A DNA stretch of 64,000 nt, from the NCBI GenBank assembly GCA_030141605.1, contig JAQGDQ010000306.1, positions 62,001-126,000 on the forward strand, written 5' to 3'. Below, in pieces: positions 1-13,514 of this stretch. A program made the position numbers and the translations under genes. Below the pieces are notes generated by a model that was given only the letters and a program-made list of their open reading frames with translations, searched no databases and was not told where the DNA came from. Position 1 is the stretch's first letter. Every line of letters starts with the position of its first letter. The DNA comes from Tubiluchus corallicola. Lineage: Eukaryota > Animalia > Priapulida.

Positions 1-76
<76 letters not shown>
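1..76 (+). repeat. (CT)n microsatellite, truncated by the window start
   Basis: Seen directly. Confidence 0.99.
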
Positions 77-80
<4 letters not shown>

Positions 81-704
81 GGTGCACAATAAGAATCTGG
101 TGAACATTGTTATCAATCCTATGTAATGCGGTGAGGGGCTGCTATCAGCACAGGTGACCAACAATAAATCATGCAATGACAATTTGAGTATTTTACAAAT
201 GTAGGCTCTGACACCTGTAGCAAACTATTAAGGAAATAGCTCGGGTGAATCGTTAATGTAATCCATAACAATCTTATATGTGACTCTAGCGAGTACATAT
301 CAATTAATTACTCTATTTTACCCATGCCTTGTTTGTATTTTATGGAAAAAATCTGTTGTAAAACAATTCAACTTACATGACAATGTCACTCACACAATAA
401 AAAAGCTGTGAAGCTCTTTGATCAATGATGATTAATTAGCAAAATTATGAATTTAATTGAGCAAAAAAAACGTTTTGCAAACAAACGAGTTGCATTCTAA
501 ACAGTAACCAATAACCATTTAACAGTAACCATTTTTTTCTGCTTGAAATTAGCTTTCATTTTTTTGCGTCACCTGAGCTTTAATTTTAGCACTTAAATGT
601 GAATTTTCTGGCTCAAAAACTGAGTAAACGTTTGACTGAAAGATGATTGCCAGCGCCCCTGTACAGAGTATTGGATCAAAAAGAACTTTTGTTTGTAACA
701 AAAT

Positions 705-1620
705 ATGACACTTATTGGGGCAGTTAAATTCGACCCCGTATACGTTTCCTACATAGTTTACCCTCCTAATGGTAACGCAGTCAGCAGCAGGCATCAACCG
801 AGAGAGACTCTTGAACGAGTAAAGAAGTTATATTTGCAGAATCGACATACAACAGAGTACAAGAGAGAAGTACACACGAGCCATGAGAAAGCAGGAAAAC
901 CAAACATCAAGGACAACAAACAACAAACATTGGACAATGATATCTATAAAACTCGTAGTGGGAGGAAAGTGAAGAAGCCAAGACAGCCTTAATCATAAAT
1001 TTCTAAACAGTAATTTTAGTTCTTACAAGTTCAACTTAAAAGGGTTGTTCACTAAGTTCAGATACTATATTGCTATATTCTATAAATAATTCAAAGACAG
1101 CTATAATTAACAAAGAATTATTTATTATAAAGGAGTTAATCAATTCCAATAGTTTCACATAATATTGCTTATAGTTCTAAAACTCATAATAGGCAAAGTT
1201 TGTTTTGAATTTTGCCCAATATTAGTTGGAGTTAAGAATTTGACAAACTCTACTAAGCTGCTTAACTTGTGATACCGTTGTCATTTTCTTTGGCAGATTT
1301 ATACTGCAATACGAAAATTGAAAATTTGGAATGACCATTGTAAATTGCACTTAATTTAGTTGAAATTTAAAAAATGAATCTAAAAGTTGGTTCACACTGT
1401 GAAGAATCTAAAGGCTAGTTTACACTGTAACGTATCACCGATTGTTTATCATTACAGTTTTTATGAGATCTTTCTAGCAGATCTGTTGGAAATAATTAAA
1501 AGCATTATTGTGGAAAGGGAGACGTAGTGAGTGGGCACTGTTTGTACAGTGTGATTGCATAATAGCATACTACTACAATGTATGCCCCCTATGTGAAGGG
1601 GCCTGCATTTCAAAATGTCG
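705..1620 (+). mobile_element. Possible 3' remnant of a Ty3/Gypsy LTR retrotransposon
   Basis: ORF 705-992 ends KTRSGRKVKKP, a typical Gypsy pol C-terminal tail. A polypurine tract ggaaagggaga at about 1512-1522 is followed by cgtagtg, a possible mutated TG LTR start. Confidence 0.4.
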
Positions 1621-3087
1621 ACGTTTTCTCGTGTAGAAATTTGGTTCCTGAATTTATTGTGATTTTTTTGACATACAATTTGCTTATGAACATTATGTAA
1701 CTATTATTGCTCAATATTAAAGTCTACGGGCTTTGAAAAAAGAAAATTATGCCAGACGAATTAGATTTATGGTTTCCAGGGCTTTGGTCCAGACGTCACT
1801 CGGAAAATACTCAGCTGTGTTGTTCCAGCAATTGTCCCATTTCCAACCTCCCTCCACAGTCCACACCCTCTATTTTTTTCCGCCAATGCTGTTAGTAGGG
1901 TACAAACAGTAAATACAAATGTACGTTTATTCTGCTCACTTTTTAGGCTACATTAGACCCATCAGTAAGGGAGAATGACTATGTAGCAAAAGAGGATGCT
2001 AAGAAACTATACGACAACAACATCTACCGAAACTTCGCTGCTATATTTGCCGTCCACACATGCGCAAAGTGCTTGCAGAATATAAGAAGCTTTCACCACT
2101 CTCATTAAGGGATGCCTTCATGAGGGAAGCGGAGCAGTTTGTATTACCAAATGATTACATTAAAGCATTTGGGGACATCAGTAAGTATTTAGGCAAAGCT
2201 TTTTCTTTAACGTACTATATATTAATCATGTTAGTTGAGTCATGTAAGGTAATTTCATGTCTGTGGAGGTAAAAAGATTCATTTCTCGTATTGAGTCTGG
2301 CTTGCGACAGCTAAGTAAAAAAATTAGCCCCAATGTCTCTAGCGGAAGTGTGGGCTGACTCTGTGAGAGCCCAAAGTCAAAAACGGTTGCCATTATGGCT
2401 TTTATAAATTTTATTTTCAGTGGTTTAACCTACAGTGCTACGCGATATAACAGTTTCTGTGACTTTCCATGCCTAGGATTTCGTATTTGATGTTTTCTTG
2501 TGATTTTGTTTACTTTTGATTTTCAAATCCAAAATGACTACTGTTGTACACTCTGGATTTTTCTGTAAATGGTTTGGCCGACAAAGTTCACTATATACGG
2601 TAGTTGTTACATTTGGAGTCAAAAAATTCCATATTTGCTCATTTTGCTATCATTTTGATCCAAAATGGTTACCATCGACCACTTTGAATATTATCATTCT
2701 TTTAAGTGGTTTGGCTTTCAGTACTTACTTCACAGTATATGGTTTCTTTAACGTGCTATTATTTTTACTTCAAGGATAAGTTATATAAAGCTTAAACATA
2801 ATTATATAAAAAATATAGGTTTACCTCTCGATGGGAAAGGTAATGACGGTCTCTACAAGCCAAATTAAGAAAAGAGTATTCATTTTTCATGACGGAAAGA
2901 AATTATAAGATTTGCTAGGTTATAATGTGTAATAACTTAGCAATGTGTCTTCGCAATTATAAAGGTGCGTTGCTTACCTGGTAACTATATGGCTGTGTAG
3001 TCATTATTAGGTTAGTGGTTCTAAAAGGATTGATGTCTTTGTATGACCTCGTGCAGACTCGTGCATTACACTCTGTGGCGTTGCGAA

Positions 3088-3260
3088 TTATGGACACTGA
3101 AGCTTTAGACACAGACTACTTTGACACAAATATTTTAGACACATTGGTTATTTGGACATAGAACATTTTGGACACATTGGTTATTTGGACGCAAGCCATT
3201 TGGACACATGGGTCATATGGACACATTATATTTAGACACCACGTGTTTTGGACACAAGGT
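3088..3260 (+). repeat. Degenerate minisatellite, 15-18 bp unit with core tt(g/a)gacac
   Basis: About 11 recurrences of tggacac/tagacac/ttgacac. Confidence 0.8.
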
Positions 3261-4884
3261 AATCTGGTACCATTTCAAGATGCAAATTACACCCGTGATT
3301 TTCTCGATAATCTATGCGTTTACATTAAAAAATGCCTGGTGGACCTTCCTGTGGCACAGCTTTGTGGGCGGTACTGGCCAATTTCGATGAATAATCATTG
3401 TTACCGTTACCTGGGATAGAAATCACAAGTTTGTTCATGTGCAAATATGGTACCTTTTCGGCTCCAGAATGATCGTCCCATATACGTTACCCTTAGCAAT
3501 TGCTTCATTGCTGACCTTTCTAGGAATATCCAGTGCCCTCTAGCCTAAGCTGCCATATACGAATGTTAATTGTTGGTTCCATAAATTGGTTGCCATGGTT
3601 ATTGTTTATCTTAGTAATGACATTCTTAACAGAGTTATGTTGAAACATAGTGTGGGAAACAGCGCTTTTACAATTGACAACAAATTTTAACATACAGGAG
3701 AAGCAGCAATTAACGATGCGACCATTGTTTACCTTAGCAACTATATAGTGGCAGTGTGTAGTAAAAACTTATAGAAGGAATAAAAATAAAAATAAACAGT
3801 GCCCCAGTAAACACATTTTAGGCTCTTCTAACTCTAAGATGAAACTGGGAACATCTTATCTAGGATCAAATTTTTTTACTTTTAGCTAGATAATCACAAT
3901 GGTGAACACTATAAGACCACACAAAATTTACATGGCTACGACATTGTATAACCTCATCCTTACTATGCAAAATTTTTCATAGATATAGCTTTTTGAGGGT
4001 ACTGCCGTCAGTACTGTCCATAAAGCTTTGCTGTAGGAAGGTCTACCAAGTACTTTTGAGAAATCAGAGATATGGAGCTTTTCAGAATGCATTGGGAGAA
4101 TGTGCCCCCCGAATGACGCCGGTGACCAAAACATGAGTATCTGCTACATGGTCTAGTTCTATAATGTAGCAATATATTATACACTGGTTTCAGACTTCTA
4201 TACTTTTTGTGCAATGTATATGCACTGCAAAAGGATGACAGAAACCATTAAGTAGAATCAAACACGGGTAGGCCTATGTTTATTAAAGGTTTGATAGTTA
4301 CTAAACCCTCTTAATTATTATGCAGAAAGTTTAGCCTGACCCATTTAAGTTAAAATTTAATATTAGTGCTTATGCATACGAGTCGTTTAGACTGATCATA
4401 CATAAGTCGTCATTCTTTTGTCCTTTAAATTCTACTGTCTCATTATAAATTAACGGAAATTATAAACCACTTATGTACACTGTAAATATTGAAATCACAG
4501 GCCATTGTGGTTATTTATTCACAGTATAAAGTACAATGTAAATAATGTACGTTTTTTTCTGTATATACGAATAAAATGACAATGGTGATGACGACGACGA
4601 CGATAATAAATAGATATAACTTGCGCACAGTAACGAGGCACTTCACCAGGTAGCTAATGAATTCCTCTTATGATACATATAAAGCAAAATACAGCACCGT
4701 CATGTCATGTCGCTTAAAAGTAGGGCATGTCAAGTATTAAAGCAAGTATTAAAAGCTCGCTTGGCATTTTGATGTGTTTTCGCACCATTTATCCTTAAGC
4801 CGAAAGATGAACACATACGAGAAAAAGTCGTGCCGCATTACACAAAGTAGAGTTACTCATTATTAAGATATATAGCAAACAAAT

Positions 4885-5294
<410 letters not shown>

Positions 5295-7689
5295 AAACAC
5301 GATCCTTACAATACAGGCTCCAGAAAAGTAAATTAATAAAATTCTCTTAGTGCCTTGTTTATAAAACCACAATCAACGGAGCTGCTACAGACAGCAAACA
5401 AATGATTTATTCAGGTGGGCGTTCTTGAGAATGCGATTATAAATAAATAGCAAGTTACAATGTGAGTCATGAAAGCAATCATTCTTGGGAATTCCAAGGC
5501 AAAATGAGCCGTATAATCAATGCGCACAGCACTTAGTACAGCATACTTGTCGATGTTTTCTTTGCTTTAATAAGCAAATGCACCCAAACACATATTTTAG
5601 TCATTACTGTATTCTTTGTAATAACTAAAAGAATCAGTGTATCGTGCCGAACAATTTCATTTATTAATTTTGTGTATATGTGTGGTCTAACGCATAGACT
5701 CTTAACTTGACATGCAAATCCCAAGGGTTTCGAGTTTATAATACACTGTTGGTGTACCATGTATAACTGAAAGAAATATTTTACCTGCTTTATTATGAGA
5801 CAGCACTGAGATTAAGATTTGTTTCTATGTTGAGTCATAATTAGCTGCAGCATTTATTCGATCGCTTCTTTTCTAAGAGGAAGCATCTGTTTTATTACTT
5901 TTTAACTCGTATGCATCACAGTACCTTAATCGGTGATATAAAATCTAACACAGAGTCAAGCAAGCTCATCGTTGCGGTCGAGTAGGAAACACTGAAGTCA
6001 AAAGTAAACAATTCGAATTGATAATGAATACGTGTATTGACTTCGAATTACCATCTATAATTATTAAATTTGATTTACTGTGTATATCGGATTTCACATT
6101 CAATGTCGGATGGATACTGAATTACTCAGTAATTAACTTAATTATTACTGTATCGAATAAGTTACATTAAAACTATAATTTCGATGGTTTTTAATTGCTC
6201 AGTTTTAAGCGTTTCATGTGATTACATTTATAACTGCTTTTGTAAGTGTGTGCGAGTGTGTATGTGGATTCGTTATTAAGAACTAAATACTGAAACATAC
6301 AATAATCAGATTTACTTTCGCGCTCTCCAATTCCTTTTCACCCTATTGCTCTCTCTCCTCTTCCTCCCTATATATAATTACCTTCATCGCCGCTAATCAC
6401 TCTGCCAGGTACACTCTCTGCAGCTTAATAAAAGGTGCAGGAAACGTATAAGTGAATGCAGGTGTGCTAGTACTCAAACTTTATTGATCCTGAAGAATAC
6501 GAGGAAATTAAGTATGACTATGACATACGATCATATCTTAATTAAGGATCAGAGGAGTTGTTTTTCCATTTCATTTATAGCTTAATGATCTCCTTTGCTC
6601 AACATATGTTTCTTGCAAGAAAATTTTAAACAACCAGAAAGAACTGGCTATAGTATTTTAATAATAATCCTCCATGCAGCTGTTATAATTCAAGAGTGTC
6701 TAACGCCAACTTGATGATAACTACACTCCAACAGTAAGCCTAGTGTTCCTTGGCAATAATTATTTGCTGCAGTCCATGACCCACTGTCCACTGTACATAA
6801 ATTTCAGGTACTCCCAGTTTCATCGGCTCTAAATAAAATCTTAAATTTTACCACAATAACATTTGTTATGATAAAGATAGGTGCGTTGCTACCAAGCGCT
6901 ACACAGTAAGGTGCTTATAACCTTTCTAGCTATATGGTGAATATTGTTAATAAGTACTATAGTAATAACTAGCAGATTAAATTATTTGCAAGCCACAGTG
7001 ACATCAGATTGTAATTAATCTTATCATGTATCCAACCCTTTAAGCTCTTAGCGCCCATTAGTATCTTAGGGAACATACATATGGTGTACTTAAACAGAGC
7101 TTTAGAATTCAAGAAACGGTACTGGTTGCTTTGTGTGTAACACAGTTTTTTAAGCTGAAAGCCAGTAAATAGTAAAGATGCTGTATTTATTCTTTATTTA
7201 TTCACCTGCATCATATGACAAATGTTTTACGTCAACCTGGCGAACAAACAAAAAGAACCAAATAAACGGGTCAATTATAAAGCACTTCGAGAACGGCTAG
7301 AACGTTTTTTGGACTGAGGAAATTTTTGAATAAAAATTATGTTGTAAAGTTTGTAAAAAATCGAATTTACGTTATACTCATATGTCCCTATCTGCATCGC
7401 ATGTGCACATCTCTGAACAGTTAAGGTTTTATGATCTATGTGAGCAGAGAGACTGACAGATGGTCTTCCTGTACCTACGTTTGATAAGATGTGTGATTGC
7501 TAGTGGAGCAGGAAAGTCTTTTATTGGGATTGCCATCCAGTCGTCTATCTGCTTCTAAGTTATTATCGTATTCTATAGGTAGCGGTATCTGCGATTCAGG
7601 GAACATCATCTTGAAATCGCACCATGGCTTGGTAATGAGCCCTTGCAATTGCCCCCTTTGATGCTCCTCGCGTAGGTGACAGGCTGTGA

Positions 7690-9102
7690 GCCTTAAATAT
7701 AGTTTTTGTGAGAAAAGTTTCCATGTCAGATCCCCAACATGAGTTTTTGCTTGAGCCAGGCTCTTACAGTTGACATACAAATGCTTCAATGTCTTCTTCT
7801 GTGCCAGACGCTACCCCTGCGAAGGAACCGAGAGCAGTAAGTGCAGATACAATCCCGGAAGAACACTTTTAGTGCCTGCCAACACATTCAATCCCCTGAC
7901 ACTGATGCACTCATAGCTCATCAGAAGGTACCACCAGCTTTGCAAAGATACATATTTCACCGGTAGTTTATGCCCTTGATCCTACAAAAGCTGCAACCTT
8001 GCCAAGATTTTATTCACTCAGTGGAGCAGGTTAAGCGTGCTGATTTGCTAGGAAGAACAAAGTTGAGATGGAAACAGTTACAAGGTCAGGACTTGTCAGC
8101 TACAGGAGGAGCTTTAAAAGAAACAATTGCAAGGGCTCATTACCAAGCCATGGTGTGGTTTCACGTTGATGTTTCTAAACCACAGATACCAACAGTGACC
8201 AGCTATAGGATATTGAAGAAAATTAGAAGCAAGTAACTAGTGACCTTTCCAACAATTGACCTTACTGTTCCGCTGGCAGTCACAGACCCTTATTGAATGT
8301 GAGTGCAGGAAGACAAACTGTCAGTCCCACTGAGGTCACAAAATCTTAAATGTTCCGAAATGTGCACATGTAATACAGATAAAGACATATGCAGTAGTAT
8401 GAGTATATGAGTAACGAGGTCCAAGTGATCGATGAGGAGAAAGATGTTCATACCAAGCATTGTAAGATTATAAATGCAGAATTTTCACTTTATATGCAGT
8501 GTATCATTAAAAAAATGTGTTTGCAGATCACTTGTTTATGCGTGTATATTATTACTGTGCTGGAGCTGGTTGTTTAAGACACTGAACAAGATAAAAATGA
8601 TGCCCTTGTTTTAAATTTTTGTTTGATGATCTCAGAACTATGACTTATTAATTATTAACCCCAAAAATAAATACTTGCAAAATTAGATACAAATTTTTAA
8701 CTTAATTTTGTATAGCTAGGATACTTTTTCGTAATAAAGCTTCATTCCTGCTTGTTGCATTGATTAACTTGCAACATTTGACGCCATATTGAATCATGTC
8801 GCCGTTTTGAATTTTCGCATTGAATTCCCATTAAACTGTGTTTTTGTGAAACTAATTGCTAATACATGTATTGATCGAAATTACATCTATTTTTCATATT
8901 AAAACGTAGTTTTTGCTTATCGTGATGATCTATTTGAAACGAAAGCCGCCATCTTGGATTTTGGCTTCCATTTTGAAATTCCATGCTTGCAATAACGCCT
9001 TTCTCAAACTCAGATGTGTTCGACTATCATTAATTAAGTATGCCAAACTGCTTATTTGTATTACTTTTTGAGGTTAATGTTAATACTTTCCTATTCACCA
9101 CT
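7690..9102. mobile_element. Decayed DNA transposon, probably Academ-type (C-terminal region with Cys-rich finger)
   Basis: Plus strand 7970-8400: L..TGGALKETIARAHYQAMVW..D.SKPQIP, then ECECRKTNC...QNLKCSEMCTC. Minus strand about 7700-7800: IEAFVCQL*EP...VGDLTWKLF. The family assignment is from recalled motif patterns, not a search. Confidence 0.5.
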
Positions 9103-9145
9103 GATATGTATTTTACGCTAAAACGACTATTGAACTTGACCACGG

Positions 9146-9160
9146 GTGCGTGTGTCTGTG

Positions 9161-9241
<81 letters not shown>

Positions 9242-9306
9242 AAGTGTGTGCATGCGTGCGCGCGTGTGTGTGTGTGGATGGGGGGGTGCGTGTGTGTGTG
9301 TGTGTG
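9146..9306 (+). repeat. (GT)n/(GCGT)n compound microsatellite
   Basis: Seen directly. Confidence 0.98.
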
Positions 9307-10193
9307 AGACATCATCTATAAATTTTAAGTAAATTAGGCGAAACCGAAGTTTCGATTGACTGCTTGATATATAGAGCTATTATTACATCACTTGTAACGT
9401 ATTGACAAAAACGTCTTCTGTCGCAATGTCATTTATAAAAGTGACATGTAACAAATGAGGTTTCTATGTGTCACGATGATAAGCAGTTCTGCTAAAGTTC
9501 CAAGAGAGAATGCGGAATAGTTTGTCATGTTAATTTTGTCTATACAGTCCCAAAAAGGTATATATAACTGACTTATCAGTATAGCAACTTCAGAAGTCTT
9601 CAACAGTGGTGTACTGTAGAGCTCTGTTACTAGACTACACTATAGAAGCAAGTACTACATTCAAAATGACATAACACAGTATAGAACTACAATATGTAAT
9701 GCCACTAACCCACTCAATGCACAGGTTTATCAGTAATATGAGAATCGTTTTATCTACTTTATAAAAATTATATCATTACAGGCTTTCCTTTTCCATGTTA
9801 CATTATTACTTATAAGTTGGTGTAAAGATATAACATCATGCATAACTTTCTAGATTAAAATTTCAACAAAGATGAATAAAGAGTAATTTACCGAGTAAAT
9901 TTGGAATTGTTTTTAGTGTAATTAATTTTGTACCAGTGCCCCTTATTTATCGTCGTTGCGATTCGGTTGTCGCCGTATAATATGACACATAACACCAGAG
10001 AGTAATTATAAATTTAATTACGTTAATTTAATAACCTTAGCTTTCTAGTTGAGAAATAAGGCAATGAGTTAATATAATATAGGTATATCGAAATAGGTAT
10101 ATATAATATAGGTAGTTGTTATACTCAGCTAAGAATTAAACAGCGAAATCCCTTAGCACATAGCAAACAAAAGATATTTGAGCAAAAATTAAC

Positions 10194-10360
10194 CTTATGA
10201 GCATCTCCACCCCAGTTTCCGACATCTTTCTAGCGATAACCTTCCAGTAGTTCTTCAGTTTGAAGGCTTCCCTTGGATTAAACGGCAGTCGCGGGTCAAG
10301 CGCTTCCGGTGGCGGCGGAGAAGGAGGTTTCGCTTGAGCAGCCGAGGCGGAACTACCCAT
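10194..10360 (-). CDS. First coding exon of an N-acylated globin (globin X-like/neuroglobin-like)
   Basis: MGSSASAAQAKPPSPPPPEALDPRLPFNPREAFKLKNYWKVIARKMSETGVEMLIR. It has an MGxxxS myristoylation motif, the DPRLP pre-A segment, the helix A Trp and helix B G.EM, and a phase-2 GT donor at the position expected for the ancestral globin B12.2 intron. No downstream exon was recognised in the window. Confidence 0.8.
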
Positions 10361-11269
10361 AATCCTAAACCATTTTGTCCTAATTCCAGGTTGTTTAGGG
10401 CTTCTCCTTCCACTACACATAAATTATTAAAAGCAGTCGAAGCGTAATGTTTCTCTGCACAAAACTTTTTTTTAGTCTGCGTGTAATTTTACTGTGAATA
10501 CATATACTACGTTAAATTTTATATCGCAAAAGCAGAGTGACGAGATTTTATTGTTGTTTCACGACAGAAACACCTGCAGCATACGTAGAAAGTAACATCA
10601 GCAGTATTGACTAGTAGCCATGCGCTCATCACAGCTTGTTGCACACACATTGATTCCTGCGCAAAGTGGCATTAATTTTTTTAATATATTAATTCTACAG
10701 AGATATGTCTCCTTTTATGTAATGCTAACTGGCAAGACTCTAAACTCTGAATGCCTGTGCAACAAAACATTAGACGACAGCAATATATGTAGCAATTCAT
10801 TAAGAGATAATTACAAAATATAATATCTGTTCACTCGTGAGCAAAATGTTTTTTTTGTCTTGATGCGTTCCAGATGGTGTTTTATATTTTATACTTTCGC
10901 TTCTACAAAATACATTGGTTCAGCACACCAACGGGGAGACATGATGGCAAACAGCACCATTCATAGCTCACCAAATCCGTAACTGCAACGGTCTGTAGAA
11001 ACAGATGAGCAGAAGGGACTGATTATATGATGACTCTACAACGTGACGTAACATGACATAGCATAATTATGAAATGAAACGCAATGTAACCTAATGTAGC
11101 ATAGCATGACAGTTTCTTCATGTAGCTGCTGACTCAACACGTTTAAATAAGTACGTACATTTCATCAGTGAGTGGCTTAAAGAAAACTGCCAAAACGTTC
11201 GAAATCTAGTTCGAAATTTTGCTGATTGAAAAGTTCAGACATTTCAGTGTTGCAGAGAATAGAGAATCA

Positions 11270-11642
11270 AGCAGGCATAGATTGAGATGTTTACAGACTG
11301 TGTTTCGTTTTGGTGTTCAGTAAAAGGCTCGTCTCTCAGGCCATGTGAGCTGTTCAATTCGATTCTCTGCGTCTTTTCGAAGTGCAGTTGTTGGTGGACA
11401 AGGAAAATGATCCACCTAGTCGAGAGCGTATCAGAGATGTTAACTGCATTCTATGTGAGTCAGTTTTTGAGCCGACTACACAAGATATTTGTTTTCCATT
11501 CGTTGTTAGTCGTAAACGTTGCAGAGACTATTGATAGATTTTTACCTCTATGTAAAGATAGGTGTTTCTCGTGCTTTAATTGTAATTTCTGTTCAATTGG
11601 CAATGCATCATTGTATAAATAAACTGAATTGGATTGAATTGA
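11270..11642 (+). mobile_element. Possible 5'-truncated LINE 3' end in the globin-PARP4 intergenic region
   Basis: One + frame reads ...RERIRDVNCILCES..., and the segment ends in aataaa followed by a short (attga)-type tail, ctgaattggattgaattga. Confidence 0.35.
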
Positions 11643-11927
11643 CTTGGTACGACCATAGATATTTATATTACTACGTAATCCTGTCATGAGCAAAGGTCTG
11701 TATCAGCAGCATATGATCAGCGTCAGTGAAGCACGCGACAAAATCACTAGTGTTGTGTAGCGTTCACCAGTATCGTGATAATGCCCAACTATTTTAATGT
11801 TTCTTAGTGTTGGGAATTTAACGATGTGTTCATCTTAAAATCTGTGTGTCCTAAAAGCAGCTACCAGCATGCCAGATAAAAAGTTTTAATAATTTAATAT
11901 TGTTCCTGTAAATCTAATTAATTATCG

Positions 11928-13514
11928 ATGGGTTTACTTAGCGGTTTGGAAATTGCTGTTGATTTTGATCCTGCCACTAAGTATAAAGAAAAGCAAAAGC
12001 TGCGAAAGTTAATTACAGAAAATGGAGGGACAATTTCTTACATTGTCACTCGCAAGGTAAGCCTCAAGGTATTGAGTTCATGGTACTGTCGTAGATGTTC
12101 TAACTCTTTGCAGCTCTCTTTTAGTAATGTATGTAAAACGTAAATACATTCAGTTCTGCAAAAACTCAATCTGACAATTAAAATTTAATACTGCTAATCT
12201 TAAATGTGCAAACAGATAAATAATCACCACATTTTGACAGTACAATACGATACGATACCAGCCATAAACACGATATTTGCAGGAAGTTTGATTTACAGAA
12301 AATTATTAATCATGTGTGTACATTTTGCTTGCAAACACAAAAATTGACTTTTTGTAACGTTTGTGAGTATTTCCTTTTGAATTTTTGACATCAATTCAAG
12401 TAATGTAAAAAAGATGCTTGTAGTACAATTCAGTTAATAAATCCATTTTGGTGTAAGGCTAAATTAATTGATAAGGCAGCTGGATTTATAAGACCGAAGA
12501 AGTCTATTAGTAAGATATACACTGCAATACCAATACTCTCCCCACACGGTATTAGCATATAGATATAGACATAGACATTTTATTTATCTCCTCATTTACA
12601 CCGGAATACAAATAGACTATTTGGGGTGTGCAGAAGAAAGGGTAGCGAAAGACCAGTTGGTCATCAAGTCAGCTACCAATGAAACTAATTGTTAAATAAT
12701 CTAATTTCAGTATTATACTTGGGCTAAACTTACTTTAATAAATACTGCTTTACAAAAATGGTAATTTTTTGGCTGATTAGTGTTATATTACAGGCTAATC
12801 TGTTAGAACTCAGTAGTTTTGTCCGCTTCACTTTTTGGTGTGCTGTCAACAACGCATTTCGTTGTTCTCTTATTTACCAGAGTTTATCAGTGCCTTCATC
12901 AATATGTTATATGTCTTCTTCCGTATTTTAAGAATTAGCTAAGATCGACTATATGACATAGGTGCTCTCGTTGCCGCATGTTGTGTGGCACAAGTCAACT
13001 TACTTGCATTTGGCTCCAAATTGTCAAAAATACTTGCCTCTTTACTGATTTGCTCATTGTTGCTTTGAGTTTAACAAAACAACGTTCAAGTTACTACAAA
13101 AGCAAGGCATTTATAAAACAGTAAAAATCTGTTGTTTTATCTATAATTATAATAAATGTTAATCCGCACACCTCTTTATATCAAAACAGATGTTTGATGG
13201 CAGCAGTGTTCTTGGTTTATTTGTAATCATTAATCTTTATTAAATGTTAATTTTTGCAGAATCAATATAACCAGTGATTCAGTATTATAAGACTAATTGA
13301 TCTTTTTTTTTGTAGAGCAAATTTGTTATTATCAACAATGAAGAGAAATACCAGACATCGTATAAATGCAAAGCAGCAAAGAAGTACAATATACCAGTTG
13401 TCTCTCCTGATTTTATAAGTTCTTCTCTTGCTGAGGGTCGACTGTTGGATGAACAAGGCTTTGTAATTGATGCAAAATTAGCAGCCAAGGAATTTAAAAA
13501 GGGAAAGATCATTG
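11928..13514 (+). CDS. PARP4: PARP4 exons 1-2: N-terminal BRCT domain
   Basis: MGLLSGLEIAVDF...LRKLITENGGTISYIVTRK|SKFVII...SYKCKAAKKYNIPVVSPDFISSSLAEGRLLDE; BRCT GG motif and the IPVV..F/WI..S pattern. Confidence 0.88.

Noticed and set aside
3088-3260. CRISPR-like array
   Set aside because: The context is eukaryotic, the units are short and degenerate with no unique spacers of about 30 bp, and there are no cas genes. It is a minisatellite.
3928-4214. Globin exon 2 candidate on the minus strand
   Set aside because: It has no globin CD1 Phe or E7/F8 His pattern, and it matches the inverted repeat partner at about 3330-3380.
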